64,000 nt of DNA from assembly GCF_009914755.1 (NCBI RefSeq), contig NC_060932.1; one strand, given 5' to 3'. A program made the translations under genes and the position numbers. This document shows positions 42,640 to 57,170 of this stretch, piece by piece. The notes beneath the pieces were generated by a model. That model worked only from the letters and a program-made list of their open reading frames with translations. It searched no databases and was not told where the DNA came from. Position 1 is the first letter of the stretch. Every line of letters starts with the position of its first letter. The DNA is from the human T2T-CHM13v2.0 reference genome, Homo sapiens.

Positions 42640-43070
42640 AGCTTATTAAGGAATAATTGATATACACAAAATTGCACACAATTAATGTATACATCTTGAT
42701 CAGTTTGGATATAGGCATACACCATGGTACTATCACCACAGCCAAGGTACTAAACATGTCCATCACTTCAACAAATTCAATGTGTTCTTTTATGCGTGTG
42801 TGTGTGTGCATGTGTATGTATTTTGGTAAGAACACTTAACATGAGATCTTACCTTCTCAGATTTAAAGTGCACGATACTGTATTGTACTATGTTGAACAG
42901 CAAATCTCTAGAACTTATTTATCTTGTATAATAGAAACTTTATACCTATTGAAGAATGACTGCCCCTGCCAATGGCAACCACCATTCTATTTTCTGCTTC
43001 TATGAGTTTGACAATTTTAGACACCTCATTTAAGTAGTATCATGTAGTATTTGTTCTTCTGTGACTGTCT
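42640..43070 (-). mobile_element. L1MA9/10-like 3' end
   Basis: GGTAAGAACACTTAACATGAGATC, ATCTCTAGAACTTATTTATCTTG. Confidence 0.8.
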
Positions 43071-43539
43071 AAGCCATATTGTTAAGTGACAAAAGCCAAG
43101 TTATGAAACAGTGCCTTTACTCCAGGAGAATCTCATTATAAAAAAAAGAATAAATGCAAAAGTAAAAATAAAGTTAAAAATAGAAATAAGTTTTTATATA
43201 GTTATATTTTTAAAATATATTTTACATTATAAACTTGTGAAGTGTTTGAAATTCTTTTGAATAGAAAATTTATAATTAAAATAATTTTTTAAATAAAAGA
43301 ATATTTATAGGCATAAGTACTTTTAAACAATTACGTTACTAAGAGTACTTTTACTTTAATTGGATCCTAAGAAATTTGACATGATTTAAGTTCAGATAAA
43401 CATTATTCCAGATATAGACATTTTTCTTTTACTAACTAGATATCAGTTAGAAATTGTGTAATCTGAGATTATGTCTCATATCTATAGTAAGCTTAAGTTC
43501 AAATAGTGGAAAAAAATATGTTCCAGAAAGTCATAGATA

Positions 43540-43715
43540 ATATTTATATTAATATCATTTATCATATATCATATATTACATATGATATATATGTAATAAT
43601 ATATCATATAATTATTGATATAATAATATATAATATAATATATATGATTTATTATATACCAGATATATATAATATATTATGAAATATTATATATCATATA
43701 TTAATATTTATATCA
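43540..43715. repeat. AT-rich degenerate (TA)n low-complexity tract
   Basis: Nearly pure A/T with ATATAT and ATCAT units. Confidence 0.85.
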
Positions 43716-43999
43716 ATAGGATTTTTATGAAAATCTCTGTAGGACAATAAGTTGATGGATCATTAAATATAGGAGAACAGCTCAATGGATTTTCCTTCTG
43801 ATTAAAATAATAATACTAATAAAAGTAAGCCAGTCAAATTGTATGACAAAAGTTGTTATATACTCTTTCCTCTTTTGTCTATTTATTACTTTTACTATTT
43901 AGGTTTCTGTTTTGTTGTAATACAAATATTCTAAAACAAATAATGTTATTCAAATATGAACAAAAATCTCACAAATTGTAGATATATATTTTTAAAAAA

Positions 44000-46170
44000 G
44001 GCAAAACCTCAATTACTGTTGCACCAACCGAATAACTTGATGCGGTTTCACATAATGCACATATCCTGTAACTTACAGTCAGGAGAGACTGAATACCACC
44101 AGCACACACGAAACACCTTCATGCACCCTACTGGCCACACCCTATTGAAAAACACTGTCCTAATTTCCAATGCAATACATTTGAAATGTATATGAACACA
44201 TTCATACTAAATGCATTATTCTGTGCCTGATTTCTTTTTCTCAGTATTGGGTTTGGAAGGTTCACTTATGCCAAATGACTATTTATCTACACCACTACAG
44301 TCAATGGACAATTTGTGTTGTTTCAGTTTTTGGGTACTTGCAAATTATGATTCTGTGGTCACTCTTGATCTTGTCTTTTGGGACTCATATGTGTATCTGT
44401 TAAGTATATACCTAGGAAAATGAGAGTATGCATAAGTTGTACTTCAGTGGATACTTTAAAACAATTTCTAAAGTGATTTGTCAACTTACTCTCACACCAG
44501 TACCTTCCAGGGGCTTCCTGTCCTCTTAGCACTTTCTACAAGGAATTTGTTTGTTTTTAAGCATTTCTATTGATTACGTTGTGAAATCTCATTTGGTTTT
44601 AAGTTACATTTATTTTATCTTCATTATTATATTCATTTTTACACAATTATTCACCATTTTGATGTCTTCTTTTTGAAGAAATTGATCAAGTCCTTTGCCA
44701 TTTTGTTTTCAATTTTGTTTTATATCTTCCTCTCATTGGTTTATAGTGGATCTTTATATATTTGGTGAATCACTTATCAGGTAGATATTACAAGTGTCTT
44801 CTACCACTATATGACTTGCCATTTTACTCTTAGTAATGCCTTTTGTAAAACACAATTTCTTTTTTTTAATTCTTTTTTTTTTTTTTTTTTTTTTAGTTTT
44901 ACTTTAAGTTTTGGGATACATGTGCAGAACATGCAGGTTTGTTACATAGGTATACACATGCCATGGTGGTTTGCTGCACCTATCAAACCATCATCTAGGT
45001 TTTAAACCCCCCATGCATTAGGTATTTGTACTAATGCTCTCCCTGTCCTTGCCCCCCATACCCCAAACCGACAAGTCCAGGTGTGTAATGTTCCCCTCCC
45101 TGCGTCCATGTGTTTTCTTGTTGAACTCCTACTTATGAGTGAGAACATGCAGTGGTAAAACAGAATTTCTTTAATGTAGCCCAATGTTTGCCTAGGTGAA
45201 AGGCATTAAGATATCCTTCTTTGTTACATTCTAGTACATGTATTGGTTTACTTTTTACAATTAGATTTACAATGCACTTGGAATTGATTTTGTATATGGA
45301 GTGAGACAGAAATTAAGACATATTTTTCCACGTGGATAATAAATTGACCCAGTATAATTTACTAAAAATACTATCTTTTCCTCACTTCCACATAATGCCA
45401 TTTTTATCATAAGTCAGATGACTAGCTATGTGCTATTTTTTTTTCTGGATTCTTGATTGTTTTTCAATGCTCTCATTGTTCTCTGTGCATTAATGTAACA
45501 CTGTCTTATATATTATATTTTATAATATTTTTGATGCAAAATTTGTAGGTATCCCAAATTTGTTCTTCTTTAAAGTCATCCTTGCTATTCTTTGTCCCAT
45601 GCATACTCATATGAATTTTACATTTATTTTTGTCAATTTTCCTAAATGTTTGTCTGTTTTTATAAAAAAGTGTTTGTTAGTCATATTGTTCAAATATTTT
45701 TGTATTTTTACTGATTGGCTGTCTGCTTGATCTATGAATTACTAAGCAGATATTAAAATCTCCCACTGTTATCGTGTATCTGCCTATTTCTATTTTGATT
45801 TCTGCCAATTTTTCCTTTTTGTATTTTCAGGCTATACATTTACGGGTATATAAATTTTAAATGATTATATTTTCCTTTTATCATTATGGATTACCCCTCT
45901 TTCACTCTAGGAAATTTCTTGACCTAAAAAATCACTTTGAGGTTCACCAACTTTCTTTTGGTTAGTGTTTTCATAATATAAATCTTTCCATCCTTTAATT
46001 TGCAACCATTTCATATTCTTATATTTAGGGTGTGTCTCTTGTAAGTTGCCTTCAGTTGTTTTTTTTTATCTCAGTCTCACAAGTATTATCTTTTAATTTA
46101 AATATGTATTTCAGTTCTACTTATTTTATTATGACATATTTGAGCTTGAGTACACCATCATACTGTTTGT
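44000..46170 (-). mobile_element. Old L1ME/L1M relics, interrupted by an L1PA8-like piece
   Basis: Reverse ORF2 remnants (GGAATTGATTTTGTATATGGAGTGAG, TATTAAAATCTCCCACT). Confidence 0.6.
44863..45154 (-). mobile_element. Short L1PA8-like 3' end
   Basis: Poly(T) plus L1PA 3'UTR; TSD GTAAAACA(C/G)AATTTCTTT at 44845-44862 and 45155-45172. Confidence 0.9.
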
Positions 46171-46736
46171 TTACTATCCCATCAGTCAATTACTTAAAAT
46201 TTATTTTACAAAAATGACTATATGCAGTTAATTTTCTATTCTCATGTCCTAAAATATAAATTATAGTATAAATTATAACAAAGGAGACAAAAATAAAGGA
46301 CTGTGATATTTCCGTAACCTGGAAGCTAAACTGGTATTCTTGATGAATTCTGCTTATTTCCATGGTGATAATGAGATATGAGAGTACAGGACTGTCAGAA
46401 GGTCAAGGTTAGAGGATGAACATTGCTGTTTTCAAGGACAATCTTGTACTGAAGTAGATGTTCTGCTTGCGTGTTTGTATTATTTGATAATAAATGTTGA
46501 ATGAGCCTGACACAGGTCTACGCATGAAGGCAAACTTATGTGTTCCCCAGTGTATGTTTAAACCTGCTAAATAGGACTGTTCCATCCCTACCTTGGTCTC
46601 TGAATGCATATGCATCAGGTCCCCAGGACTCCTCTGGTCACTCCTGGCTAAAATCTTATGGTCACAAATTCAAAAACAGCTTTAATTTATACAGACATTT
46701 TTGCAGTCCCAAAGAAAACTCAGACTCTGGCCCTGA

Positions 46737-47158
<422 letters not shown>

Positions 47159-47485
47159 GAAGGCCTCCTCTTCCCCCTTCTTACTATGCAGAGCCTACCA
47201 GCATCAGAGTCAGGGAAAGGAAGAGAGGTCAGTGGGATAGGAATTTGTTTCCCTTGGCTTGTGTGATGTTTGGGGGCCTTTGGCTCTTTGGGTCTCTCTG
47301 GTATTTAGAGTTTACTTTCCTGTGGGTGCTTTCATAGATTTTTCAGAGAATCCTACTAGAAAAATTAAACTTGCTTTGACTCCTTAGACACGGCAGTGCA
47401 TTTTCTTCCAGGTGGATGCTACTGCCTTAGCCTGTTTCTTTTTCTTTTTTGTCTAAGTGATTTCACAAAGACGATCATAAAGTAT

Positions 47486-48140
47486 TGTGAGGTGAATCCA
47501 GCTGGACTTCCTGGGTCCAGTGGGGACTTGGAGAACTTTTCTGTCTAGCTAGAGGATTGTAAACACACCAACCAGCACTCTGTAAAAATGCACCAATCAG
47601 TGCTCTGTGTCTAGCTAAAGGATTGTAAACGTACCAATTAGCACTCTGTAAAATGGACCAATCAGCACTCTGTAAAATGGACCAATCAGCAGGACGTGGG
47701 TGGGAACAAATAACGGAATAAAAGCTGGCCACCCCAGCCAGCAGTGGCAACCGCTTGGGTCTCCTTCCATGCTGTGGAAGCTTTGTTCTTTGGCTCTTCA
47801 TAATAAATCTTGCTGCTGCTCACTCTTTGGGTCCACACTAGCTCTATGAGCTGTAACGCTCACCACAAGACTCTGTAGCTTCATTCCTGAAGTCAGTGAG
47901 ACCACAAACCCACCAGGAGAAACAAACACCTCCAGACATGCCACCCTTAAGAGCTGTAACACTCACTGCGAGGGTCTGCGGCTTCATTCCTGGAGTCGGT
48001 AAGACCACAAACCCACTGGAAGGAACAAAGTCTGGACACACCATCTTTAAGAGCTGTAACACTCACCGTGAAGGTCCGCGGCTTCATTCTTGAAGTCAGT
48101 GAGACCAAGAACCCACCGGAAGGAATAAATTCTGGACACA
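47486..48140 (+). mobile_element. Solo LTR12F (HERV9 family)
   Basis: TG...CA termini, 4-bp TSD GTAT (47482-47485, 48141-48144), CCAATCAGC repeats, three GAGCTGTAAC(A/G)CTCAC U5 repeats. Confidence 0.93.
47590..47725 (+). promoter_or_regulatory. LTR12 U3 promoter: four CCAAT (NF-Y) boxes, GC-box-like GTGGGTGGG and AATAAA TATA-like box
   Basis: CCAAT at 47593, 47634, 47658 and 47682; AATAAA at 47717-47722; known ERV9 LTR promoter layout. Confidence 0.7.
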
Positions 48141-48514
48141 GTATCATTCCTCAGAAAAATAGCTACAATCACTTTATATTTATCAGGTTCCCAAACTTAG
48201 AGGTTGCAGAGCAACTTCTGTGAGTAATCCTGTTGATGTTCTTCTCTTTCGACTTCAGAGGAAACGTACTGTATCCTTCTCATGCTTCCCTGTTGTATAG
48301 AGAAGACACTAATCTCAGGACAGTTCCCTCCAAAAGGCCTTTTTCATGAATTCCTTCTATCTCCAAAAACTTTTATTCATTTGATGTTTATGAGTTGCCC
48401 TACTGATTCTGAGAATCTATCTGGAGATTTTTGCTGTATAGAACCTCTCATAATAGGCTTTGGTATCAGTCATCATTTACATCCTGGCTCCTGAGTTGAA
48501 ACTGCCAAATAATA

Positions 48515-50250
48515 TTCATTAATTTGTTCATGCATTCACGTATTCATTCATTCATGCACACATATATTTAATACATATTGATTACTTACTATATGCTAAG
48601 CACTATTTTTGATGCTTTGGCTAGGGTAAAGAAAGGAAAAAGACCAAAATTTCTGCCCTTTTTCTAGAGAGAGATAAACAAACAAATTATAAATAAGTTA
48701 TATTGTATATGAGAAGCTGGTAAATGAGCGCAGAAAAATAAAGCAGGGAAGAGAAACTGGAGATGGGGTGGGGATATGGAGACAATTTGAAATAGAATGA
48801 TCAAGGATGGCCTCACTGATCTGAGAGAAGCCCATGATCAGAGAGAAGACCTGTGTGTAAAGAGTGTTCCAAACGGATATAACAGCAAACGCACAGGCCA
48901 TGACCTGGGAGCGTGCTTGTCTTGTTTGAGAAACATAGGGAGGCCAATAGATGCAATAGCATGATGGATGGGGAGAGTAGTAGGAACTGAAGCATAGAAT
49001 AATTGAGAAACTAGAGTGCAGAGAGAGTCAACCACCCTACCTGGCTCCACCCTGAGTTACAAAGAAAAGCATGGCAAGGATAGGAACAGAGGAGTGAGTG
49101 CCAGCTGAAGTTTTTAAATGATAATGTCTTCCTTTTTATAAAAATATGCTATACGAGAGATGCGTGTGAAAGCAGGGAGACTCGTTAAAAAGCTATTGCA
49201 ATATTCCAAGCAAGAGATGATAGTGGATTGGATCAGAGAGGTAGCAGGCAAGGTGGCAAAACAGAAAGGTTAAGTCAGGGATACATTTTGAAAGTAGATG
49301 CAAGAGGATTTCCTGACAGATTTAATGTGAGATGTGGGAGAAAGAGGAAAGGTGAAGGTGATTTTGGAGGCCAACATTTTTGGTCTGAGGAGCTGAAAGA
49401 ATTAATTACAATGAAGGCACATGAGGGGAGGGGTAGGCTGCAAGGGGCTGCAGAAAGGTAGTGAACAAGGCCAGGGGTTCGTGTTCATTTTTGCACATGC
49501 TTAAGTTAATTTACTAATAGATATCCTACTGGAGGTATTGAGTAGGCTGTTAGATACATGAATTGGGAGTTCAGGAGTTTAGCAGAGAGGTCTAGACTCA
49601 AGACATTAATTAGAGAATCATCAGAATATGCATGACAGAATTGGATCACCAAGGGAGGAAGTATTAACAGGGAAGAGAAATAGAAGTTTAGGGATGGACC
49701 CAAGGTCATACAAAAGGCCGGACAATGAGGAGAAGCCAGCAAACAGACTGTAGGATAGACCAGAGAAATAAGAGGAAAACAAGAAGAATGAAGTCTTGGA
49801 AACTAACAAGAAGAATGTAAGGATGAGGGTGTGGTCAACTGGGTCAAATGTTCTCATAGGCGTAGTAAGTTCAGAACTGCATATTGATCATTAAATTTAA
49901 CAACTTGGAGGTCACTGATGACCTTGACAAGAGCACTTTCAGTGAAGTAGTAAGTCTGTTTAGATAAAATAAAAGAGGAAATGGAAAAAGTTAAAAATTT
50001 CAGGTATGGACCAATTAATACAAGTTTTGCAATAAATTAGAGAAGAGAAATGGGGTGGCAGATAGAAGGGAATTGGAGTCAAGAGTGGACTTTCAGAGAG
50101 TTCAATGTTTGTATGCTGATGGCAGTTATCTCCTAAGAGAGGAATATTGTTCAGGCAAAGAAGAAGGAGTTTTCACTGAAGCCATGTCCTTATGTAGAAG
50201 AGACAGGATGTAATCAATTGCCTAGAAGAAGAAGTTTCCCAAGGACTGAA
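48515..50250 (-). mobile_element. Long L2 (L2a-like) relic
   Basis: (TTCA)n 3' terminus, then GCAAGAGATGATAGTGGATTGGA, GGAGGTCACTGATGACCTTGACAAGAGCA. Confidence 0.8.
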
Positions 50251-51846
50251 CTATGAGAGAAGAGGAGTTCAAGAAACTGTGAAGCTGGAATACGAAGAGA
50301 ATCATCTAAATGGATATTTAATGTCCCGTGATGTCATACTGAAGTGAGGTTGGAGAGTGTTACAGAGAGCCAAAACTGCAACTGTGATGGTGAGTGACCC
50401 AAGGAGGATGGCAAAAACGAGGAAGTAAAAGGGGAATGGGTAGTAAAATCAATGATAAGGGATTGGAGCTGAGATTTTACTAATTTGGAGGGCTTTAGAG
50501 AAGCAGTAACTTTACAGTAAGAAGATGAAAGGAACATTGAGAGAAGAATTCGAGAATGCATTTCTTTGTGTTGAGCAGTCATGAATTCTAGAAGGCACAG
50601 TGGAAGGTTTTTGGTAGTGAGAATGTTAGGAGATGAGGACAGAATGTAGGATATGTAGTCTTAGGAAAATTAGGGTAAAGGAAATGAGTGGGTACTCAAA
50701 ATTCCTAGGCTTCTTGTAGTTCTTAAGTGGCAATAAAGAATATAATGAGATTAATCATAGAGACTCAAAGCAGATAGTGAAGCTGAGACTCTGTTGGGGC
50801 CAGAAGGTTTAGGAGGACCATAGGCACATGACCCATTCTAATGAAGGGTAGGATTCTCACTGTAATGCTTTTTTTCTCATCCAGAATATGCCCAGATTTC
50901 TTTTTTTAACATTATATTGATTTAATTAGTGTGTATGTACTAGAAACAGCACATATTATTTTGACTTATTCAGTTTTGTTATTTAGGTCATTTGATCAGT
51001 TTAATAATCATGAAACTAATTAGTAATCACAAAATATCTTTGCTTTGCAACTCCATTACATAATGCAAAATGATTAAATGAAATTTAACATATGGCACAG
51101 GCTTAGTCTTGTTTTGGGTGCTGTGAAGTATGGGGAAAGGGTGCTTTTTATCTATTGCATTATTTATTCTGGTTGCAATGATCTAGTTACATTAGAAATT
51201 GATAAAGAAAAGTGTGTGTTTTTAATACAAGGCAAGGGGAGTTCCCAAGGAGGGTTGCAATGTGGGGCTAGACATTATTCAAGTTCTGGAAACTCTTCTG
51301 ACAATATTTCTTAAGGTCTTAATCAATCAGGGTTCAATATTTGATTTTAATGATAGTTTGTATTCTACAGCATGAATTTAGATTTGAGATGGAGAGAACT
51401 CAGCCTTCCCTCACAGCATTCTGTTAGCATTTTCCTTCAGCGTTTGCTCTCAGACTTCACCAAAGATGTCCAAATGGACAGCTCTGACAGGTGGCTCCTC
51501 AGAGAGTCCTCTTGCCTGCGCTTCTTGTTTAGTAGAAGTGACAGCCAAAGATGGGTTAGAAGAGCCTGGCAAAACAAGAGGTAGCTAAAACTCATGAAGT
51601 GTCAATAATGGATTATGTCAGGGTCAAGGAGAGAGTTGGGGGAAATAGTTTGAGAAAATGTATTAGGGATACACACAACCAATCAGTTTTGTTTGTCTGT
51701 TTCTTCAGTGTGAAATTCAACAAAATGAAGCTAGAGAACAAGTGTTCTTGGACATATTAGTAATTCTCAGTTATTAAAGAATTAAATTCTGATAGGGGAA
51801 TAAAGTCTGATTGACAACTGTCTCCTTTGATCCCTTCCTCAGCTTG

Positions 51847-51848
<2 letters not shown>

Positions 51849-51877
<29 letters not shown>
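51849..51877. repeat. (AC)14 microsatellite
   Basis: Perfect dinucleotide run. Confidence 0.97.
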
Positions 51878-51878
<1 letters not shown>

Positions 51879-51957
51879 TATTCTTTATCTCATAGATTTC
51901 AATCACTGCCAACAGCAGTAGAATCTGGTTTATATGTGTTCCAACTGCTGACTTCCT

Positions 51958-52130
51958 ATTAATTTATTCAAGAAATATTTATGGAGTATCTTTTATGCCC
52001 CAGCTACTATTCTAGGCACTGGTGATTTCACAGTTAACAGGATGGTTAAAGTCCCTGATTGTATAGATGTATCTATTCTAGTGTTTGTGTCGGCAGGAGG
52101 AGAGTAGAAACAATAAATGTGTTAGTAAAT
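51958..52130 (-). mobile_element. L2 3' relic
   Basis: ATTCAAGAAATATTTATGGAG...CTATTCTAGGCACTGG. Confidence 0.65.
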
Positions 52131-54287
52131 AACAGGCAGACCTGGCATATTATAAACAGGAAATTAGAATTTTAATATTTATGTTCATGAATCACATAGA
52201 AACATGCACCTGTGCTTGAAATATATGTTATCACACAGCTAGGAGGAACATAAAGATATATGACATAAATTACTGCCCTCATTTCATTAGAAGGAAATTT
52301 GAGACAGAGATGGTGATTGTGAATTGTATAAAGTCAATCTAAAGTAGAGAAATTGGCAATTACTATTAAGTCAAATCAACACTTAATTTCAAATTAAAGG
52401 GTAGTTTATTTCTAACGGTCTAAAACTTGGGCAAACCCCTCCAGTTACACAACTACTTAAACTATAGAAAAATTCTAGTCATATGTATTAACATTGTTCC
52501 TTTCTAGTGTGTAATCCTTTGATTACCATTACTCTTGCATCCATATTTTTAAAGACTTCATGCTTGTTGTTTACCACTGAACTATATATCGGTTGTACAT
52601 AACTAAGTCTAGATTCTATGATTCTTTTGCTTAACTTTATAGACAAGAAAGTGATAGAAACCTGAAATTTATTCAGATTGGGAATTAGATTTAGGATGCA
52701 ATGACTTCTAATAGTGTTCTACCTTGTTGTAGAGGGATGTTTTCGGATCACACACTGAGTCTGTGGTTTACTGCACTTTCTCACCAACTAAGAGCCTTCA
52801 GCAAGGTTACTCTAGATTACTTACATGTAAGATTATATTAGTGGATAGTTGATTTTAAAAAATCACTTCTCCTATCAGCCAAGTCTGTCCTCACCCCCTT
52901 ACCACTCAGAGCAATGCATTGTGGTTGTCCTACTTTTCCCCTAATACAAACTTTACTCCTAAGTCCTTCTGGCTACTTCATCCTTTTTAGTCAAATATTT
53001 GCCAGACAAAAGTAGTTTCCCCTCTTGGAGTATTGTCCTTTCTCTGATGACAGTGTCAAGGCAGATTTAGACTACAGCCCATTCTCTGCAGTACTGACCC
53101 TTCACTAATATCTGGGATTTTATTCTCTCATATCAATTTCTTTTGTTGAAAGCAGCAGGAAGCCCAACCAAAATAGCTAAGTTTTTTCAGGCAATATTAC
53201 ACATGCATGTGCAGACTGGCTAGCATTAAAAAAGAGAAGGTCAGGTTCAGGGATCTCATGCTAGTTACGTGTAGACACAGACTATTTCAAGAACAATTTG
53301 CTTTTCCTTCAACACTTTTAGATTTGGTTTACTTCCCTGCCTGTATCAGGCCTCCTTAACAGTTGTAACTCTTTTTTTTTTTTTTTAATCCAAAGCAAAG
53401 ACAGAAGGGGAAGTGATCACAGCACCCAAACAAAATGCACTTCCTGCAAAATGGTGGCTTGCAGAAAGATCTAATTTTTTTTGGTCAATTTAGTGCTTAA
53501 AAAACAGAGTTCAACATATTAGTTTGAAAATGTCCTGTTGTAGTTTAGAAAAAAGAAGAAGACACACACGCAGAGGTCTGTTCACAATCTCAGAAGGTCA
53601 TTTCTAATATCCTCTACCATTATTATGCATTTAAAAATAAATCATAAGAAAAACCAGACTATTATTGAGTTTATGTTAGATGAGGATTACTCATATCTTT
53701 CCGAAATAATATTTTTGTTTCCTAATGAAAAATATCTTTATGTATACCATTTGTAAAATTTCAATATATACACATTCCCAGAGGTTTATTCACTACTTGG
53801 CTCCACCAGATATCTAAGATTGCATATAAGGGATACATAAGATAAAAAGGTAGAACAGAAAACAGAAGATGAAAGAGGAAAACAAATGGACAAAAACAAT
53901 TCCAGGGCTATGAAGCAAAGGTAGAAAGGAGGCCCTTACAGAGACGTCCACCAGAGTCCTCTTCATCAAGCATGGAACATACATTTGGCTCCAAGCTTTC
54001 TTACAGTCCTACATAAGGATCCATCTGCTATGAGAATATGGCTTATAATAGTTAACCACGAGCAGACCAAGAAGATAAAATTTATTACTACTTAAAATAG
54101 AAACTTTTTCCCTGAGATCATTGTAAATAAGATTATGTATAATATAATAAAAAACTCCCTCTTCGTATTTTTAAAGCAGCTGCAGAAGTAGAGCAGCCAA
54201 ATGATTTCTTCTAAAGGCCTGCAATGTAGGATAAAGATGTCATTTTCTTGTGAAGTCCTGTAGGGGCCTAGAATTGTGGGTCTAGAA

Positions 54288-54462
54288 AGAACAGTTCTCA
54301 AATATTAATGGGTATTAGGAGCAGCTGGGTAGCTCATTAATGTGTGGACTCCCAGACCCTACCTCCCCAGGAGGTTCTCATTCATAGGTCCAAAGGCAAC
54401 CCTAGAATATGCATTTTAACAAGCATTTCAGGTGATTCTGATGAGGGACATATTTAAGAGCA
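54288..54462. mobile_element. MER5-family hAT MITE
   Basis: GTTCTCAAA start; GCATTTTAACAAGCA...CAGGTGATTCTGATG. Confidence 0.7.
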
Positions 54463-55242
54463 TCTATGTGACAGTGTCAGTGTTTTTGATACTTGACAGA
54501 TGATGCTTTCATGGCAGATACACTGCTAAAGACACATATAAGACAGACTTCAGGCATCTTCATGCTTTTTCTCCCACTTGAAAAACACATTTCAGTATGC
54601 AAGCTAGCCACAATGATGTTGGAAGAATAACCCTATGTCTGCTCTAATTATTTACTTTAAATAAATCATTTGCAAATTTCACTCTTTTAATTCTACTACT
54701 AATAAATAGCCTCCAATATATTCCACAATTGACAACAATGTACTGCTATGTCATTAACACACAAATTACCTAGAGATGAACGTGAGGTCTGCATATTTTT
54801 CAGACAATGCTTGGCAAATGTAATTTATTTCACCTTTTTAAAGATAGATATTGGGTGAAGACTAAACTACCTGGCAGAGACCTAGAATGCAGCTGTTCTA
54901 AATTGCAAATTAAATCTAAATAATATGTTTTAAGTGCAGCCAAGCTGGGTGGAAGATTTTTTATGTGGTGAAAATTGAGGACTTAATAAGTATGTGTCCT
55001 GGAAGAGACGGCCTTTCCACTTCCACTTGCCAAGTCTAATGTTCTTCTTAAAATATATTTTCAATTCTTATACTTAGGTTAAACTTATAAGTAAGTTTAA
55101 CCTAAGTTATATCTCAACCAAGAAAGAACAATATGTATGAATCGTCTAAAGGACACTTAGGTTTGCAAAATGTTATTTGTTGATATCCCTTACAAGATAA
55201 ATTATAATTAACAGTGAGCCCAAATGGTGGGCTGATGTAGAG

Positions 55243-55430
55243 CCTTGATTCTCAAAGTGTAGTCTTCAGAGCAGGCGCATCAGCGTCAGTTTGTCAACTT
55301 GTTACAAAACCAAATTCTCAAGCTCCACCTAGACAAAATGAATATGAAACTCGGGAAATGGGGTTCAACAGTCTGCTTTCACAGGCTCTGCAGGTGATCC
55401 TGATGGATGATAAAGTTTGAGAACCACTGC
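55243..55430. mobile_element. MER5A hAT MITE
   Basis: TTCTCAAAGTGTAGTC...CAGGTGATCCTGATG...AAAGTTTGAGAACCACTG. Confidence 0.8.
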
Positions 55431-56259
55431 TCCCTAGCATACTAAGATTTGGGGAACATGGGAACATCTGCCTAAAATAATAACTTTGGTTGTGGGAAGG
55501 TGATTTTTAAGTCCTGTTTTTCATAACAGGGAGAGCTTGAGTTTATATGTATAAATGCATACATGTGAGATCTCATTTTACCAAGCACTTCTATCTGGTT
55601 TATTTCAAACTGTGCTCATTTTTATCTATTTTGTTTGTTCTTTATTACAGGTTGCAAGATGGTGGCTTGCAGGAAGATCTAATATTTTTGGTCAGTTCAG
55701 TGCTTAAAAAATAGATTTCAACACTATTAATTTGAAATGTCCTGTTCTAGTTCCTTGCAGGTTGCCACACTGATTTTTGCCCCATTCGGAGATCTGTGTC
55801 ACAGTCTGGCTCCTGGATGCTTTCTGCTACACCACGTCAGGTCAAAATGACATTAATTTAAATGATACCATTTTTTAGCCTTAACTCTTGCTATACTTTC
55901 TTAAACTGCCTTATTCCAGTGATTCTTCTTATATTTTACCAAATGTACCTTGTAATTTTTCACTTTCTGTCTTTGCATATTATGTTATCCTTTCCTAGGA
56001 TGCACTTTTCATTCCTTTTTCATATTAAAAGCATTCTCCAGAAGCAGCTGAAATCCCATTTCTACCTTAAAGTCCAGCCCAACATAATAATCTCTATTGC
56101 CATTTGTATGTGTGTGTGTGCAGGAAATGTCATCTGCATAGATTATATCTATCCAGTGAAGTGTTAAGCTTCTTCAAATGGGCTGTATCTTCTATTACAT
56201 ACATAGGTCCAACTATTTTGTACGTAGTAGTTACCTTATACACTTTTTAAATTAACTTT

Positions 56260-56633
<374 letters not shown>

Positions 56634-57049
56634 TAATTTTTTTTTATTAACATTATCTACTGAACAGATTTAAAACCTCAGTGTATACTAGGTATCACCT
56701 GCCTTTTAAAGAACATTTACTCAGCCCTCTAGAGCCAGTTCTGTTCTTGTGCAGAAATGAGCTCAGCTGGCAAAGTAGAGTCCATGATTAACTAAGCTAT
56801 AAAGGAATAGACCAGGGATTGGCAGAGGAGAACAGAGCTACCTCTGAGGGGCCTGTCTAGAACGCTGCACAGAACAGAAACTCTCTCCTTAAGGTGTTAT
56901 CAAGCTAGTCCAAGCAAAGAGAGAATGAACTCACTGTAGGCTAACTAGCTGTGGCTACTGAACTGAATTATTGAAGTCTGCAGTGCCTCCAAAGATCTAG
57001 AAAATTGAGGTCCAAAATGACTTATGGAATTTCAGAGTTTTTTATTTTA

Positions 57050-57170
57050 CTCTCATAATCAATAAATATGTATTTAGTCCATAGTGTGTATAAGTAATTG
57101 TCCAAGATATTGAGATAGATAGTGAACAAAATAGACAAAGATCCCTGTCCTTGTGAAATTTATAGTCTAG
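57050..57170 (-). mobile_element. L2 3' relic
   Basis: AGTGAACAAAATAGACAAAGATCCCTGTCCTTGTGAAATTTATAGTCTA. Confidence 0.65.

Noticed and set aside
47846-48140. Three ~100-bp direct repeats resembling a repeat-spacer array
   Set aside because: Normal U5 tandem structure of LTR12 elements
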